Of a stretch of DNA of 64,000 nucleotides, positions 11,147 through 22,570 are shown piece after piece (the stretch's first letter is position 1; each line of letters opens with the position of its first letter). Below the pieces are notes generated by a model. That model was given only the letters and a program-made list of their open reading frames with translations, was not told where the DNA came from and searched no databases. Source of the DNA: Lophium mytilinum (taxonomy: Eukaryota); NCBI GenBank assembly GCA_010093605.1, contig MU004181.1:558001-622000 (forward strand). Direction: 5' to 3'. The translations under genes were made by a program, and so were the position numbers.

Positions 11147-13162
11147 CTAGACACGAAAGAAATGCGCATTAAGCACCAGAAACTTCACCCCATACTCAAC
11201 ATCAGGACCACAAAACCTCCAACCCACCAAGTCTCTATTCACCTCCTGGTGTGGCGCGTCTTGCCCTATTTGTCGCCACGTCCGGAACCTTCCGCCCCGG
11301 AACCGGGCCGCCTTAAGTTCAGCTTCGGAAACATCGTCACCAAATACTACCATTCCCCACCAACCGTTGGGCGCCGAGGACAGTGTAGGTGCATGAATGA
11401 AAAGTTCCTCGAGGGGCGCTTTGCTGGTCAACAGGGTACTGAGTACTGGGCTCCATGCATCGTATTGGCACACAAGGCAGACACCTTTGAGGTGGACTGT
11501 TGATAGCGTAGTAGCGTAGCGTTTGAAAAGATTGTTCAAGTCCAATGCGCTGAGCTTGAAGTCCTGTAGCAAGAGTGTTGAAAGGCTGTCACTGGCTAGA
11601 CGAGATGCCACTGGGCCGCAAAGCCTATGGGTCTTTGAGGGGAAATGTGTTCCATCTGCGCCATCGATAGACAGAGTGTGCAGGACTGTGGAAGCACCAA
11701 AGAGTTTCAAGATGAAGTTGTGGATCGTGGCTAAGCCATCATTTGGCAACATATCATCCGAACCTTTGTGGTGGCTAATCTTGTAAACAATTTCGAGTAG
11801 GCCGTCCAGTGTAAACTTCCTGGGAAAGGAATTGTCGGAACATCTAGTGATATATCCAACCGTTGTGAGAGGAAGTTGATAAACACCCATCGACCATATG
11901 AGATCAGATTTGGATTGGGCGAGCAGATCCAGGGCTCCTAGAAAGACCTGGAAGTGGATGCACTTTCCCCAGGTTCTATCCTGGAAGGGAGGCTGATTGC
12001 ATATACCGCAGTGCCTCGTCGTGATGGAGTACGGTGTGTAGTCGCCCACCGGTTTCCCAGCTTCTCCCGCCCTGGAGTTCTCCGTGATGTTCTTGTATAG
12101 TCGTGTCGCCCTCGAGAGCCTATCATTGTCTGTGCTCGGATAAGGACCGCTATCACGACCAAGGTTTCTTAAAGCCCTAACGGCGCTCCATGGCTTTTCC
12201 ACAGCTTTTTTAGCTTCTTGGAGATTCTTCCAGGCTCGAGCGTGTTGAACAGGGATCCAGGGAGATGGAAGATCCACCAGTTCGATGGTTTCCAGCGCCG
12301 GCAGCATACTGAGGCAAACAAGGACTATTGCAAGATCCACAGCGCGCTGATCCATCTGCATACTCGGGTTGTTGAAGTGCTGAGTCCAAAGACCTTCCTC
12401 GAAGGCAAGCGATGGATCTCCAAAGTAGTACTGGAAAGGAGCGATTATTTCGCCCCGAAGAAACGTGGAGTCTTGTACTTGAATTGTGACCTTTCGGACT
12501 CGGGCTGCGAACTTCTGGTGCCCTGCGAGTCCAACAAGCGAGTTGAGCCCCGCGCGAGAGTTCGAGGCCAAAGCGAGAGTCTTGTTAGGCATGTGGAAGT
12601 TGTTTAGGCGATACAACGTCTTCTGGTGGATGTCCTTGCAGGTCGATCGGAACTCCAGAAAGTCACTCCGACTCAGGTGCTGGGAGATGAGATCTACTAT
12701 CTCCCCGGGGCAATCTTCGAGCCACAATCGTCACACATAGGTATGGACCGCAATGTCATGGGGACGCTTGGGGATGAGCCATCCAGAAGTTTGGTCAAGA
12801 AATGGTTGACGCAATTTTGAATAGAAGCCGAGGTGTATCTCCAAAGGGGTCGATTCGCTCACTGGCAGAGACTTGGGCGGCTTCTGCGGCGGTTGCGTGC
12901 GAGCTATGCGTTGATCCAGCAAAATGCAGCTCCCATCAACCCAATACGCAACGAATATTCGGTCGTATCCGTAACCCCGATCACTACCGAGTTCAGGACG
13001 GGCAATCCTCTCTCCCGGATGGACTCTGAGGCTCGATAAACCCGCCAAAGGAATGTTCTCCGTCTGCAAGTGCGAAAAGCGTCCATCAGGGCTGCCCTCT
13101 CGTAAATCAGATAGACGGAAGCCAGGACGATTTCCTGGGCGTGGGAATTGATTAGGGTTCAT
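11147..13162 (-). pseudogene. F-box-like protein, array member C, with an in-frame TGA just before the F-box
   Basis: ATG at 13162 opens a frame continuous with 12727-11147 except for TGA at 12733-12731. LEDCPGEIVDLISQHLSRSDFLEFRSTCKDI; NSRAGL; HCGIC..KCIH; NRDLVGWRFCGPDVEYGVKFL. Confidence 0.7.
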
Positions 13163-13523
13163 GACTTTATTGATTGGAGTGCGGTCCTGGTGGTGGGGTG
13201 GTGTTGTGGATGATATGGTGTGGTTCAAAGTAGGAGAGTTGCCTCGACTGAGCTGTAAATAGCGGTCTGCTCTTGGTGAATGAACACTGCCCAGGCATTG
13301 AATCACGCCAAGCCCTGCATAGTGAAGGACGACTCCTCTGACCACCGGGCGCCGTACCAGAGCACTTCCTATTTCGACGAGAATGCCAGGTCACCCGGAC
13401 ATTCACGACGTCATTCGCGAGGATGGGCGTAGGACAGGAATGAAAGAATCTAAAATGGAATAATTACTAAATTGGGTATCAAACCTCGTCTCTTCCCTAC
13501 CTAGTTTCTAGGCACCGTTCACA

Positions 13524-15590
13524 TTACCCTTTCCCTACCTTGACTCTCACACCAGCCCCCCGCACACTGCCCCACACACTTTCGGTAACCCGGGGCGGGA
13601 GCTTCCGCCCCTTGAGCATCTGATCCACCAACCACAAGCCGACCACGAACTCCTCCCTCCGCAACCTCGCTAGTCCCCTCGAGTCAACCAGGTTCCATAC
13701 TTCTTCAAGTACATGTTCTGGCAAACGGCTGCGAGCCCACACATCTCTTACAACAAGGGCGTGCACATCCCACCCTGGATCAAATTCCGCATCAACTCGG
13801 TTTGGAGATGGCGATTTCGACGTACCCGGCACAACGTATAGGCCCTTGTTCGCAGCCCAAACGCCTTCATACCGCTTTCGCTCACGTTCGGTAATGACAT
13901 CGCGCCAACGTTTGCGGTCACCCTCGTGATGCTTGTTCGGGTGCTTGCGGCCCATGCCGAGGACACGTTTGCCCTTGCGCTTATAGCGCTCGTCAGAGTC
14001 TTCGCTTTCAGAAGATGTAGATTCTTTGCGCATAGTGGTACGCAGCTTGCCTGGTCCAGGCTTAGATTTCGTCGGCGATGGCGAGCGGGAACTGTGGAAG
14101 GGGTGGTGGTGGTGCTTCTTGGGTGGCTGGTTGCGAATGGGCAGGGGTGGAAGGGGAGACCGAGCGGGTGCGGGAGAAGCATTGCGTGAGGAGGCAAGGG
14201 CGGCGCCGACCATAGCATTGGCGAGGGAGTCACCGGTTATATGGGGCGTCATCTGGCGAAGAGATGCACGCTGGTAGTTAGAGTGGTACATGGACGATCC
14301 GGAGGGCTGAGAAGTGAGGGCTGCAGCAGCGCGCGGGGGCGGAAAATTCTCAGGTGGTGTGGCCAGACGGCCAACCTGAGCTGCTGTGTTGGATTGTGAC
14401 AATATTTTAGGATGGAGAGATTTTGAACTTGACTCTGATTTGCTATCGGGTTTACGAGTTCCCGATCGACGCGGTGGTGGAAGGCTGGGCTTCGATTTCA
14501 AATCTGCTTGTGTTTCTGGCGCTGATGTGAAAGAAGTAGGAGATGAATCATTCTCGTCGTTCCCATCCATAGACGCTGATCGTGGCCTCGAATAACGGTT
14601 TTCGTCATCAAGAGAGCCAGTCCGAGGCTTGGAAGAATAATTCGAGTTGACTTCTTGCGATTTTGGTCGAGACCTTCGAGGAGCAGGTGGCTTCGGGCGT
14701 TCTACGGCCGGCTTGATGGTAGTCAATTCGGGCAGCTTTGGTTTTGGTCTAGCAGCCATATTGCTTGCAGATGGAATACTGTGGCGCTCTGCGGAAGGGG
14801 CAGTTTGGTCTGGCACCGCAAATGCAATGGGTCTTTGCGGCTTTGGCGACTTGACTGGCGGTGGTGCACCTCGAGACTTGAGAACAGAGGCGGTGCTCGA
14901 CGGAGTGGTCGGAGTTTTAGCGCGTGCTTGCTCGAATATTTGGACTAGCGAATTAGTAGGCATTATAGGGGTATTATCTGTCGCCTTCGCCTGCTCTAAG
15001 TTCCGTCCTGAATTCTGGAGCGCGGGTATGCTCGACTCATGGCTGTCGTGCCTGGGCTGAGGCTGAGGCTTGCCAGCTGACAGACTCAGCCGTGTCTTGG
15101 CATCCCCGATTGTTCCGGGGGGAGGCAGCCTATCCTCCTGTTCCGTATCTCTAGGCGTCGGCAGCGGGAAATACGAATGGGTAAGATCGGGCTTTGATTT
15201 TGAGGGGGTGCCAGGGGTGCTCCGTGCCGCGGCGAGTTTCGCGGCGATATTCGAGGGTGACGCTGTTCGATTGGAGTGAAGGTCGGCTGGGACCTCCAGA
15301 ATGCTGGAGCCATTCGACTTTGCAGACCACGGCAAGGGAGATGGTTGCGACTGATAGCTGCCTCCCGTCCATTGCTTTTGTATTGGCGAGGACTGGTGTG
15401 ATGCTCCTGCTCTTGTTGCAGCCGTCAATGCCCCATTCCCACCCCCAGTATAGGTCTGGCCGATCGGCTTCGGCTTGACGGGAGGCTTGGAAAAGGCAGA
15501 AGACGCGCCGAGGAGAGCAGCGTCACGGACATTATACTGGGTGCCGCCGGGGCTGGGAGTGGGTCGAGGGGGTGGCCGGTTGTAGCTCAT
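13524..15590 (-). CDS. IRS4: IRS4/TAX4-like protein: P/S-rich disordered body with a C-terminal EH domain
   Basis: C-terminal [60 protein letters not shown] is typical of Irs4/Tax4 EH domains. First ATG at 15590. Confidence 0.82.
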   Translation of the reverse strand: MSYNRPPPRPTPSPGGTQYNVRDAALLGASSAFSKPPVKPKPIGQTYTGGGNGALTAATRAGASHQSSPIQKQWTGGSYQSQPSPLPWSAKSNGSSILEVPADLHSNRTASPSNIAAKLAAARSTPGTPSKSKPDLTHSYFPLPTPRDTEQEDRLPPPGTIGDAKTRLSLSAGKPQPQPRHDSHESSIPALQNSGRNLEQAKATDNTPIMPTNSLVQIFEQARAKTPTTPSSTASVLKSRGAPPPVKSPKPQRPIAFAVPDQTAPSAERHSIPSASNMAARPKPKLPELTTIKPAVERPKPPAPRRSRPKSQEVNSNYSSKPRTGSLDDENRYSRPRSASMDGNDENDSSPTSFTSAPETQADLKSKPSLPPPRRSGTRKPDSKSESSSKSLHPKILSQSNTAAQVGRLATPPENFPPPRAAAALTSQPSGSSMYHSNYQRASLRQMTPHITGDSLANAMVGAALASSRNASPAPARSPLPPLPIRNQPPKKHHHHPFHSSRSPSPTKSKPGPGKLRTTMRKESTSSESEDSDERYKRKGKRVLGMGRKHPNKHHEGDRKRWRDVITERERKRYEGVWAANKGLYVVPGTSKSPSPNRVDAEFDPGWDVHALVVRDVWARSRLPEHVLEEVWNLVDSRGLARLRREEFVVGLWLVDQMLKGRKLPPRVTESVWGSVRGAGVRVKVGKG

Positions 15591-15974
15591 GGATGCATGA
15601 GGCTGCGCCAGGAGTCGAAGGAGAGCGGCGGGAAGGGTCGGAAGCACTCATGTGAAATGTGCGGGTGCAACTGTAGAAGTATAGGACCAAACAAAGACAG
15701 GATGAGAAGAAAGAAGACGGAGAGAACGAGCGGTGGGAGTGAATGGGTATTGTTGTTGACGTTGAATCGACGTTGACCAAGAGGATTCGCGGATGACAGC
15801 TCCACTGAAGCTAGGCCGCATCCGGAGCCGTGCTATTTTGGACCATCCGGCCGAATCTCGGCACTTGGATAGAATCACATGACTGCGCAAAAGCGTGTTC
15901 CGGCTGCTGCCTTCGCGTCTTCTCATCCGTCATTCACACCTCCATGCCAATATACCACCAGCACCGTTCTCACC

Positions 15975-18900
15975 ATGGCGGACACTGAGATGCCAGATGC
16001 GGATGCTATTGAAGAGCAGAGGTTGCAATATGCCCCCGGACAGGTGACCGCCGAAGAGCTGGATTCGAAGTATCCCAATCGCCCAATTAATACTCGCAAA
16101 ACACTTCCCTTTCATCAATTGTTCACTACTCTGTTCAATCCTCTCAATGATGCCCGCACCAAGCCTGGATCTGCTCCAATTGCATCCCGCCGGAAGGTCG
16201 GCCCGCATGGCCAGACCAAGATGACACCACATGAAGCTCGGCGAAATATCATTGAACGGTTCATTGATAATTGGAGAAAGGAAGTTGGCAACGATGTCTA
16301 CCCAGCCCTCCGTCTCATTGTACCAGAGAAAGACCGTGACCGCGCTATGTACGGTCTAAAAGAGAAAGCGATTGCCAAGCTTCTTGTCCGGACTATGAAG
16401 ATTGACGCAAAGTCTGAAGACGCCGACAAAATGCTCAATTGGAAGCTCCCTGGCCATAAGTGGTCCAATGCCTCCGCTGGGGATTTTGCTGGTCGGTGTT
16501 TTGAAGTCATCTCCAAGCGCCCCTTGCGTACTACCATTGGAAATATGAGCATCGCCGAGGTCAATGCGGATTTGGACCGACTGTCTCTCGCGTCCAAGGA
16601 AGAGGACCAGCTTCCCATATTCAAGAGGTTCTATCAGCGCATGAACCCAGAAGAGTTGATGTGGCTCATACGTATCATCCTCCGACAAATGAAGATTGGT
16701 GCTACCGAGAAGACTATCTTTGATATCTGGCACCCGGATGCTGATGCCTTGTATAACGTGTCATCTAACCTTAGGCGGGTCTGCTGGGAATTATGGGATC
16801 CCGAAACTCGTCTCTTGGGCGAGGATACTGGGGTGGCTCTGATGCAATGTTTCCAGCCCCAGTTGGCCGCTTTCCAGATGAAGTCGTTTGATCAAATGGT
16901 CAAGAAGATGAAAGGAACCGAAGACGATGATTCTTTCTGGATCGAGGAGAAGCTGGATGGCGAGCGCATGCAATTGCATATGGTGGAAGACGACAGCGTG
17001 CTTGGTGGAAAGCGCTTCAAGTTCTGGTCCCGAAAGGCCAAGGACTACACGTATCTCTATGGAAGCAGCTTTGACCCCGACGAAGAATGTGCGCTCACTC
17101 GATTCATCAAAGATGCCTTTGGCGATAACGTTCGAAACATTATATTGGACGGCGAAATGATTACTTGGGACATGGAGCTAGACAAGATCGTAGGCTTTGG
17201 GACTCTCAAGACAGCCGCTTTGTCGGAGCAAAAGAATCGCTTCTCCAGCAGTACCGGTCAACGGCCTCTATACCGAGTTTTTGATTGCCTCTACCTCAAT
17301 GATCGACCTATTACGCAGTTCACTCTTCGTGACCGTCGGAGGGCTCTCGAAGCTAGTCTCACCCCTGTCCACCGTCGCATTGAGGTTCACCCATACGCCG
17401 AAGCACACTCGCCCGAGGATATTGATCCGGCTTTGCGAAAGGTGGTTGAGGCCGCTTCCGAAGGATTGGTCCTCAAGAATCCACGCTCCGCCTATCGCCT
17501 GAACGATCGCAATGACGACTGGATCAAGGTCAAGCCCGAGTACATGACCGAGTTCGGTGAAGCCCTTGATTGCATTGTCATAGGTGGCTACTATGGATCT
17601 GGTCATCGAGGCGGCGGGCTGTCTAGCTTCATGTGTGGTCTTCGGGTGGATCAGGAGCAAATCGACCGAGGCGCAGATCCTATGAAGTGCTATTCCTTCT
17701 TCAAGGTTGGCGGTGGCTTCACGAAAGATGATTACAACAAGATCAAACATCTCACAGACGGCAAATGGATTGATTGGGATGCGAGGAATCCTCCGACCGA
17801 CTTCATCGAGCTTGGCGGTCATGCCGAAAATAAACAGTACGAGCGCCCCGATGTCTGGATTAAACCAAACGACTCGGTGGTTATTGCGGTCAAGGCTGCA
17901 TCTGTTGGGGCCAGTGATCAGTTCCGATTGGGCATGACGTTGCGATTTCCGCGATACAAGCGACTGAGGCCTGATAAAGACTGGAAATCCGCACTTTCCA
18001 TCAAAGAGTTCACCACTTTGCAGAGGAATGTGCAGCAAGAGCACCAAGAGAAGGAGAAGGAATTCGAGGTCGACCAACGAAGGAAGAAGGCCAAAACGAC
18101 GAAGAAAACATTGATCATTTCTGGTTCTGACACTGTCAGGATGCCGTATGGAGGACCCGAAACGAAGATATTCGAGGGTCTGAGTTTTTGTACGTACTTT
18201 TCCCTCACATGCAGCTCCGCGCTAATCGTTGCAGACATCATGACCGAAGCATTAAAACCTCAAAAGACATCGAAGGCCGAGCTCGAGCAGATGGTGAAGA
18301 ACAACGGCGGGAAAATCGTGCAAAAAGAAACCGCTGCAAAGGATCTCGTCATCATCGCGGACCGAAATCTCGTCAAAGTCACCGTGCTCGAGAAGCATGG
18401 CAAGTACAATCTCATCCGCCCGATCTGGATTTTCGATTGCATCAAACAAGCAGAAATTGACTCCGGCCGGGCAAGTTTGCTGCTGCCTTTCGAACCCAAC
18501 CGCCATATGCTCTTCCTGAAGCCTGACGAGCAGTTTCAGGTGGAAGAAAATGTGGATGAGTATGGCGATAGCTATGCGAGGGACATCACAGTCGACGAGC
18601 TCAAGCAGCTCTTCAGCAACATGCCGACGAAATTTGAGGAGACTGCGTTCAACCCGGAACGGTTCCTTGACCAAAGCGAGGATCATGATCTTAACATCAC
18701 TACGCTTCCTGGCTACTTGTTCCGGGGACTGACCGTCTATTTCGACAAACCATCGCAGCGGAATGGCGGAGCTGTACAGTCTCCAAAGGATCTAACCCTT
18801 GATCTTGCGGCCTACAGCATCCGCGCCGGAGCTGGAAAAATTTCGGAAGCTTTAAGCGACAAGGAAATTACCCATGTCGTTATAGGGAATGATACGAGTC

Positions 18901-19028
18901 GGCTGGCTCAGATTATGGAGGCCATCGCGCAGAGGGCTAGGCTGCCTAGGGTTGTGAACGTGGAGTGGGTTCAGGTTAGCTGGGCAGAGCGGACGTTGGT
19001 GGATGAGGAACGATTTGGTGTCCTTTAA
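15975..19028 (+). CDS. LIG4: DNA ligase IV (ATP-dependent NHEJ ligase with two BRCT domains), ~1002 aa
   Basis: Adenylation motif EEKLDGER, ILDGEM, EGLVLK, WIKVKPEY, LRFPR and C-terminal BRCT-like regions. One 45-nt intron at 18190-18234 (GTACGT..GCTAAT..CAG). Confidence 0.95.
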   Translation: MADTEMPDADAIEEQRLQYAPGQVTAEELDSKYPNRPINTRKTLPFHQLFTTLFNPLNDARTKPGSAPIASRRKVGPHGQTKMTPHEARRNIIERFIDNWRKEVGNDVYPALRLIVPEKDRDRAMYGLKEKAIAKLLVRTMKIDAKSEDADKMLNWKLPGHKWSNASAGDFAGRCFEVISKRPLRTTIGNMSIAEVNADLDRLSLASKEEDQLPIFKRFYQRMNPEELMWLIRIILRQMKIGATEKTIFDIWHPDADALYNVSSNLRRVCWELWDPETRLLGEDTGVALMQCFQPQLAAFQMKSFDQMVKKMKGTEDDDSFWIEEKLDGERMQLHMVEDDSVLGGKRFKFWSRKAKDYTYLYGSSFDPDEECALTRFIKDAFGDNVRNIILDGEMITWDMELDKIVGFGTLKTAALSEQKNRFSSSTGQRPLYRVFDCLYLNDRPITQFTLRDRRRALEASLTPVHRRIEVHPYAEAHSPEDIDPALRKVVEAASEGLVLKNPRSAYRLNDRNDDWIKVKPEYMTEFGEALDCIVIGGYYGSGHRGGGLSSFMCGLRVDQEQIDRGADPMKCYSFFKVGGGFTKDDYNKIKHLTDGKWIDWDARNPPTDFIELGGHAENKQYERPDVWIKPNDSVVIAVKAASVGASDQFRLGMTLRFPRYKRLRPDKDWKSALSIKEFTTLQRNVQQEHQEKEKEFEVDQRRKKAKTTKKTLIISGSDTVRMPYGGPETKIFEGLSFCTYFSLTCSSALIVADIMTEALKPQKTSKAELEQMVKNNGGKIVQKETAAKDLVIIADRNLVKVTVLEKHGKYNLIRPIWIFDCIKQAEIDSGRASLLLPFEPNRHMLFLKPDEQFQVEENVDEYGDSYARDITVDELKQLFSNMPTKFEETAFNPERFLDQSEDHDLNITTLPGYLFRGLTVYFDKPSQRNGGAVQSPKDLTLDLAAYSIRAGAGKISEALSDKEITHVVIGNDTSRLAQIMEAIAQRARLPRVVNVEWVQVSWAERTLVDEERFGVL

Positions 19029-19962
19029 GCATTATCTTGCCATGACGCGATGGTTAGCAGTGGCGAACTTGATTCATATGGGAACGGACAGAGGAACGCG
19101 GTGTAGGCGTATCAGTGCAAGATTGTAGGTACAGGTATTGCCGAAGGGAACATAATCTTGGAGATCTGCCCGGCGGATCTGAGAAATTCAAATCAAAATA
19201 CGAAAGCGTACGCCGCAAGGGCAATCGAGGGGGTAGATACATTGCCTGTCAACTATACTACTGGTCATGCTATTGCTACCTATTGGATGCTCACCGATTT
19301 TATCAAGGTCAGGAGGCATAGGTCATGCCCATGATAATCCTTTTGATTCGCATTGAAGCCTCATCCTCAGTCACTACTTCTCCTTTTTCTATTGTCACCT
19401 GCAGCCAACTAGGTGCATCTGCCGTGCCACATCCCCTTTGAACGTCGAACAATGATATTGTTCTCATTCATTCTCATCCTCTGGGGCGAAAATATCACTA
19501 GCTGCCTTCCTCTTCAGCCATGGGAAATCAGCAATAGGCGCTTCCAATTACATGTCTAGACTGCAGGCTGGTCCCCCAGCTTGGCCTGCATAGTTATATC
19601 GCTTCTCGCCGCAATCACTCATATGGCGGTGAAACCCTCTCCAGCTCGTCAAACTCGCTCTCGCTTACGAATACCTCTCCAATGGAAATGGCACTCCCAC
19701 ATACATAGCTTCACGGGGTATATGTACGATAAGCGACAACACTGGTTGTGGTGCTCCTCGGGGGAAATACCATTTGAGGGTTCTTTCTTCTTGGTTCTAG
19801 GATTTCTTTCAGCGATCCATCGCAGCTGTATCCAAAAAAGTTTCCTTTATCCCACAACCGCAATTTCGGGTTTTATCAACTTTCCACGAATGTTCGGGAA
19901 ATCGATATCATACATTTTCACTTTAAACAATCAATAAGTTGGAGGAGCTGGTTGAAATCGGG

Positions 19963-20529
19963 ATGATCATGCGTACCGCAATCCAACCACCTCCCCGCGA
20001 AATCAAGCCGTTCCTACTACCACCAGTCACTATACGCACAACCACCAACATCCTCGCAACAACAACCCCACAAATAACTCCTACTACCCCTAACTCACCC
20101 ATCCCCCCCTCATCAACAGACTTATGGAGTCCCCAATCCCCACAGCATCCCCCTCGGACGCGGAGGCGGTGGAGCGCGACAAAGGCAACGAAGATCCCAA
20201 GCGGCGTTTACATAGATAAACGCAATCGATATGCGGTTTGGAGGGCGCATATTGAGCGAAGATCCGGTAGGGTCAGAGAGGGCGGTATCATGAACATGGT
20301 AAAGCGCATTGGCTCAGTGTCTTCTAAAGCTGTGAGGTTTGCGTTTAAGGTAGGAACCGTGTTGGCGGTGGGCGTTACCCTCGTGGAGAGACGGCATCGG
20401 CTTGAGGAGACGGCGTGGGAGTATGGGTGGTTGGTGCTTTTGGCGCCGCCGAGGTGGGGGGAGGGTGAGGAGGGTGGGGGAAGGAGGTATGAAGGGGGGG
20501 GAGGGATGAGGTATGAGCCAGGGCTGTAG
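19963..20529 (+). CDS. Possible small hypothetical protein
   Basis: 188-codon ORF with the C-rich 5' / G-rich 3' profile of real genes in this window. Low complexity; no family recognised. Confidence 0.3.
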   Translation: MIMRTAIQPPPREIKPFLLPPVTIRTTTNILATTTPQITPTTPNSPIPPSSTDLWSPQSPQHPPRTRRRWSATKATKIPSGVYIDKRNRYAVWRAHIERRSGRVREGGIMNMVKRIGSVSSKAVRFAFKVGTVLAVGVTLVERRHRLEETAWEYGWLVLLAPPRWGEGEEGGGRRYEGGGGMRYEPGL

Positions 20530-20765
20530 ATTTTTTAGGAAAGAGAGGTAGCGTTTCGTGGGGTGGGGATGTGTGAACTCTTCCACCATGGCGTGCGGTG
20601 CCTCAAACAGATTTTAGATACTCGATGTTAGATGAAATTTTGACATTTCGTCCACCCACTACCCTCGCCCGACTACCTCAAACAACGGTGGCCAATTTAT
20701 ATGTCTCTTATCCCCAGCTCGTCCACCTCCTCCGCACACCAAACCCGCATGCGCCCCCCATCCCC

Positions 20766-21489
20766 TCAACCACAGCACACCGTAACCTCCTCCTCCACCC
20801 CCTCCCCCCCCGCCCTCACCGTCTCCCAACCAAACACAAAGCTGCCCAAAAACGCCCCAACAAAAATACAGATAATAATATACCCATTAAAGTACATCGC
20901 CAACAGCATCACAAAGTACGCAATAGCGAACTGCACCATATGCAACCCCGCCTTGACAGCCTGCTGCCCGACACTCGGCCGAAAGCTCCTCTCCCGCCCA
21001 CTGGTGCTGATCAGCGCCGAGCGCACTCCAGGGGCTTTGTTGGCAGCGGTGGCAGGGTTGCTAGGTGCAGTCGAGGTGAGGGAGGCGAGGTGCGCGCGCA
21101 GGATGTAGCGGTCGTATTCCTTGGCGAAGCGGCGGAAGAACTCGAGGGTCATGACGAGGAGGATCACGCCGATGCAGGAGCCGGCGAACATGCCGTGGGA
21201 GGTTATGTGCCAGGAGCTGGCGATGAAGCCTGGGGCTGTTAGAGAAGCTTCGTGTGAGGCTGAGAGGAGAGACGGGGAGAGGGGGCGTACAGGAGTCGAT
21301 GGTGTACCAGTTCCACAGCATCTGGGGGGTGTTAGCTTGGGAGGATGGATTCTGGGGGAGGGAGGTAAGTACGGAGATTTTGCAGCTGTCGCCCATGCTC
21401 ATGCTCATGGTGGCAGTGCTGGTGGCTGCGGCGGCGGTGCCGGTTGCGGAGGCCATGCTCATAGCCATAGTGGAAGTTCCCATGTCCAT
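20766..21489 (-). CDS. Ctr-family copper transporter, 203 aa
   Basis: Exons 21489-21373, 21321-21291 and 21229-20766. Met-rich N-terminus, [23 protein letters not shown], TM2 MxxxM (MLLAM), GxxxG, C-terminal CCG. Confidence 0.93.
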
Positions 21490-21583
21490 GATGGCGGTGG
21501 GTTGAGTGGTTGACTTTGGTGGTGGTGTTAGGAATGGAGGCTGAGTGTGAAAGGCAGAAGGGAGAGAAAAGGCGAGAGGTAAA

Positions 21584-21689
21584 TTTATAAGTGCTGGTGG
21601 GAGCTGAAGTTACGGGTTACCTTGGTACTGTGCTCAATATAAGCTTTTGCGATCCGTGGATGTCGGCTCATCGCGCGAGTTTGAGCATA
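21584..21689 (-). promoter_or_regulatory. Ctr promoter: TATA box plus two oppositely oriented Mac1-type copper-response elements
   Basis: TATAAA on minus strand at 21589-21584; TGTGCTCA at 21629-21636 (+); TATGCTCA at 21689-21682 (-). Confidence 0.6.
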
Positions 21690-22570
21690 TTGGAGTACCC
21701 CGGTCACCTCATCCAATTTTGGATTGTCTTTGGCGATAACACACGCCATTGACGCGGAAATTAGAGGGAGCCCATATAAAGATAAAGCTTGCTACATCTT
21801 ATAAGGATGATCCTATCGGATATAAAGTGGAAGTCTAAAACTGTTTGAGGTGGTTAGAGAGCTACTAGCCTTGTCAGAGCTGTCGTCTTACGGTTACTGA
21901 TTACGTATCGGGGAGCGCTCAACAGTGATGGGTAAGCGTACAAAGGTCTAGATATAATGTGCATCAGACGTATATGATATTGCAAAGTAGATTAATCGGT
22001 GCGTGGGTAGTCACATATAACGAGGGACGAAGGAGGTAGTGTCACATTGGCGAAATCGGGTGTGAGGCGCCGTCGACCAATGGCCACGTATGATATATTG
22101 TCTTACAAAAAATGATTCTTGGTATTAGTCCATATTTCCAGCGGAGAACAGGTCGAATTTCCTTGGTCGTGAGGTTTGGAATGATTCGTATGCGGGTGAG
22201 CATGTTTTCGGCCTCGGCTGGCAGGGGTCGTGCAGCAATTGTGTCCACGAATCAAAAAGAAGAGTGGAATCATCGAGTCGTCGCAAAGGAAAAAAACTTG
22301 GGCAATGGACGACTAGAAAAGGGGTTCACGAGCATGAAAGAAAGAGTTTCTAGACACTGACATTACCGTTAGTGGAGTTCCGACCATGGGTCACGTGACT
22401 CAACTCATCCCTTGGCACAAAGCTCTACACTATACCACGTCGTGCATCTGTGTCGAGGCGCCTAACGCTGTCTGAGGCGCCTCGATATACTTTCGCTACT
22501 CCGACTTTACCATTTAAACAGCTGGTAAATAGCCTGGGGCACCTCAGATGGCGGCAGAGCGGCTTTGGGG

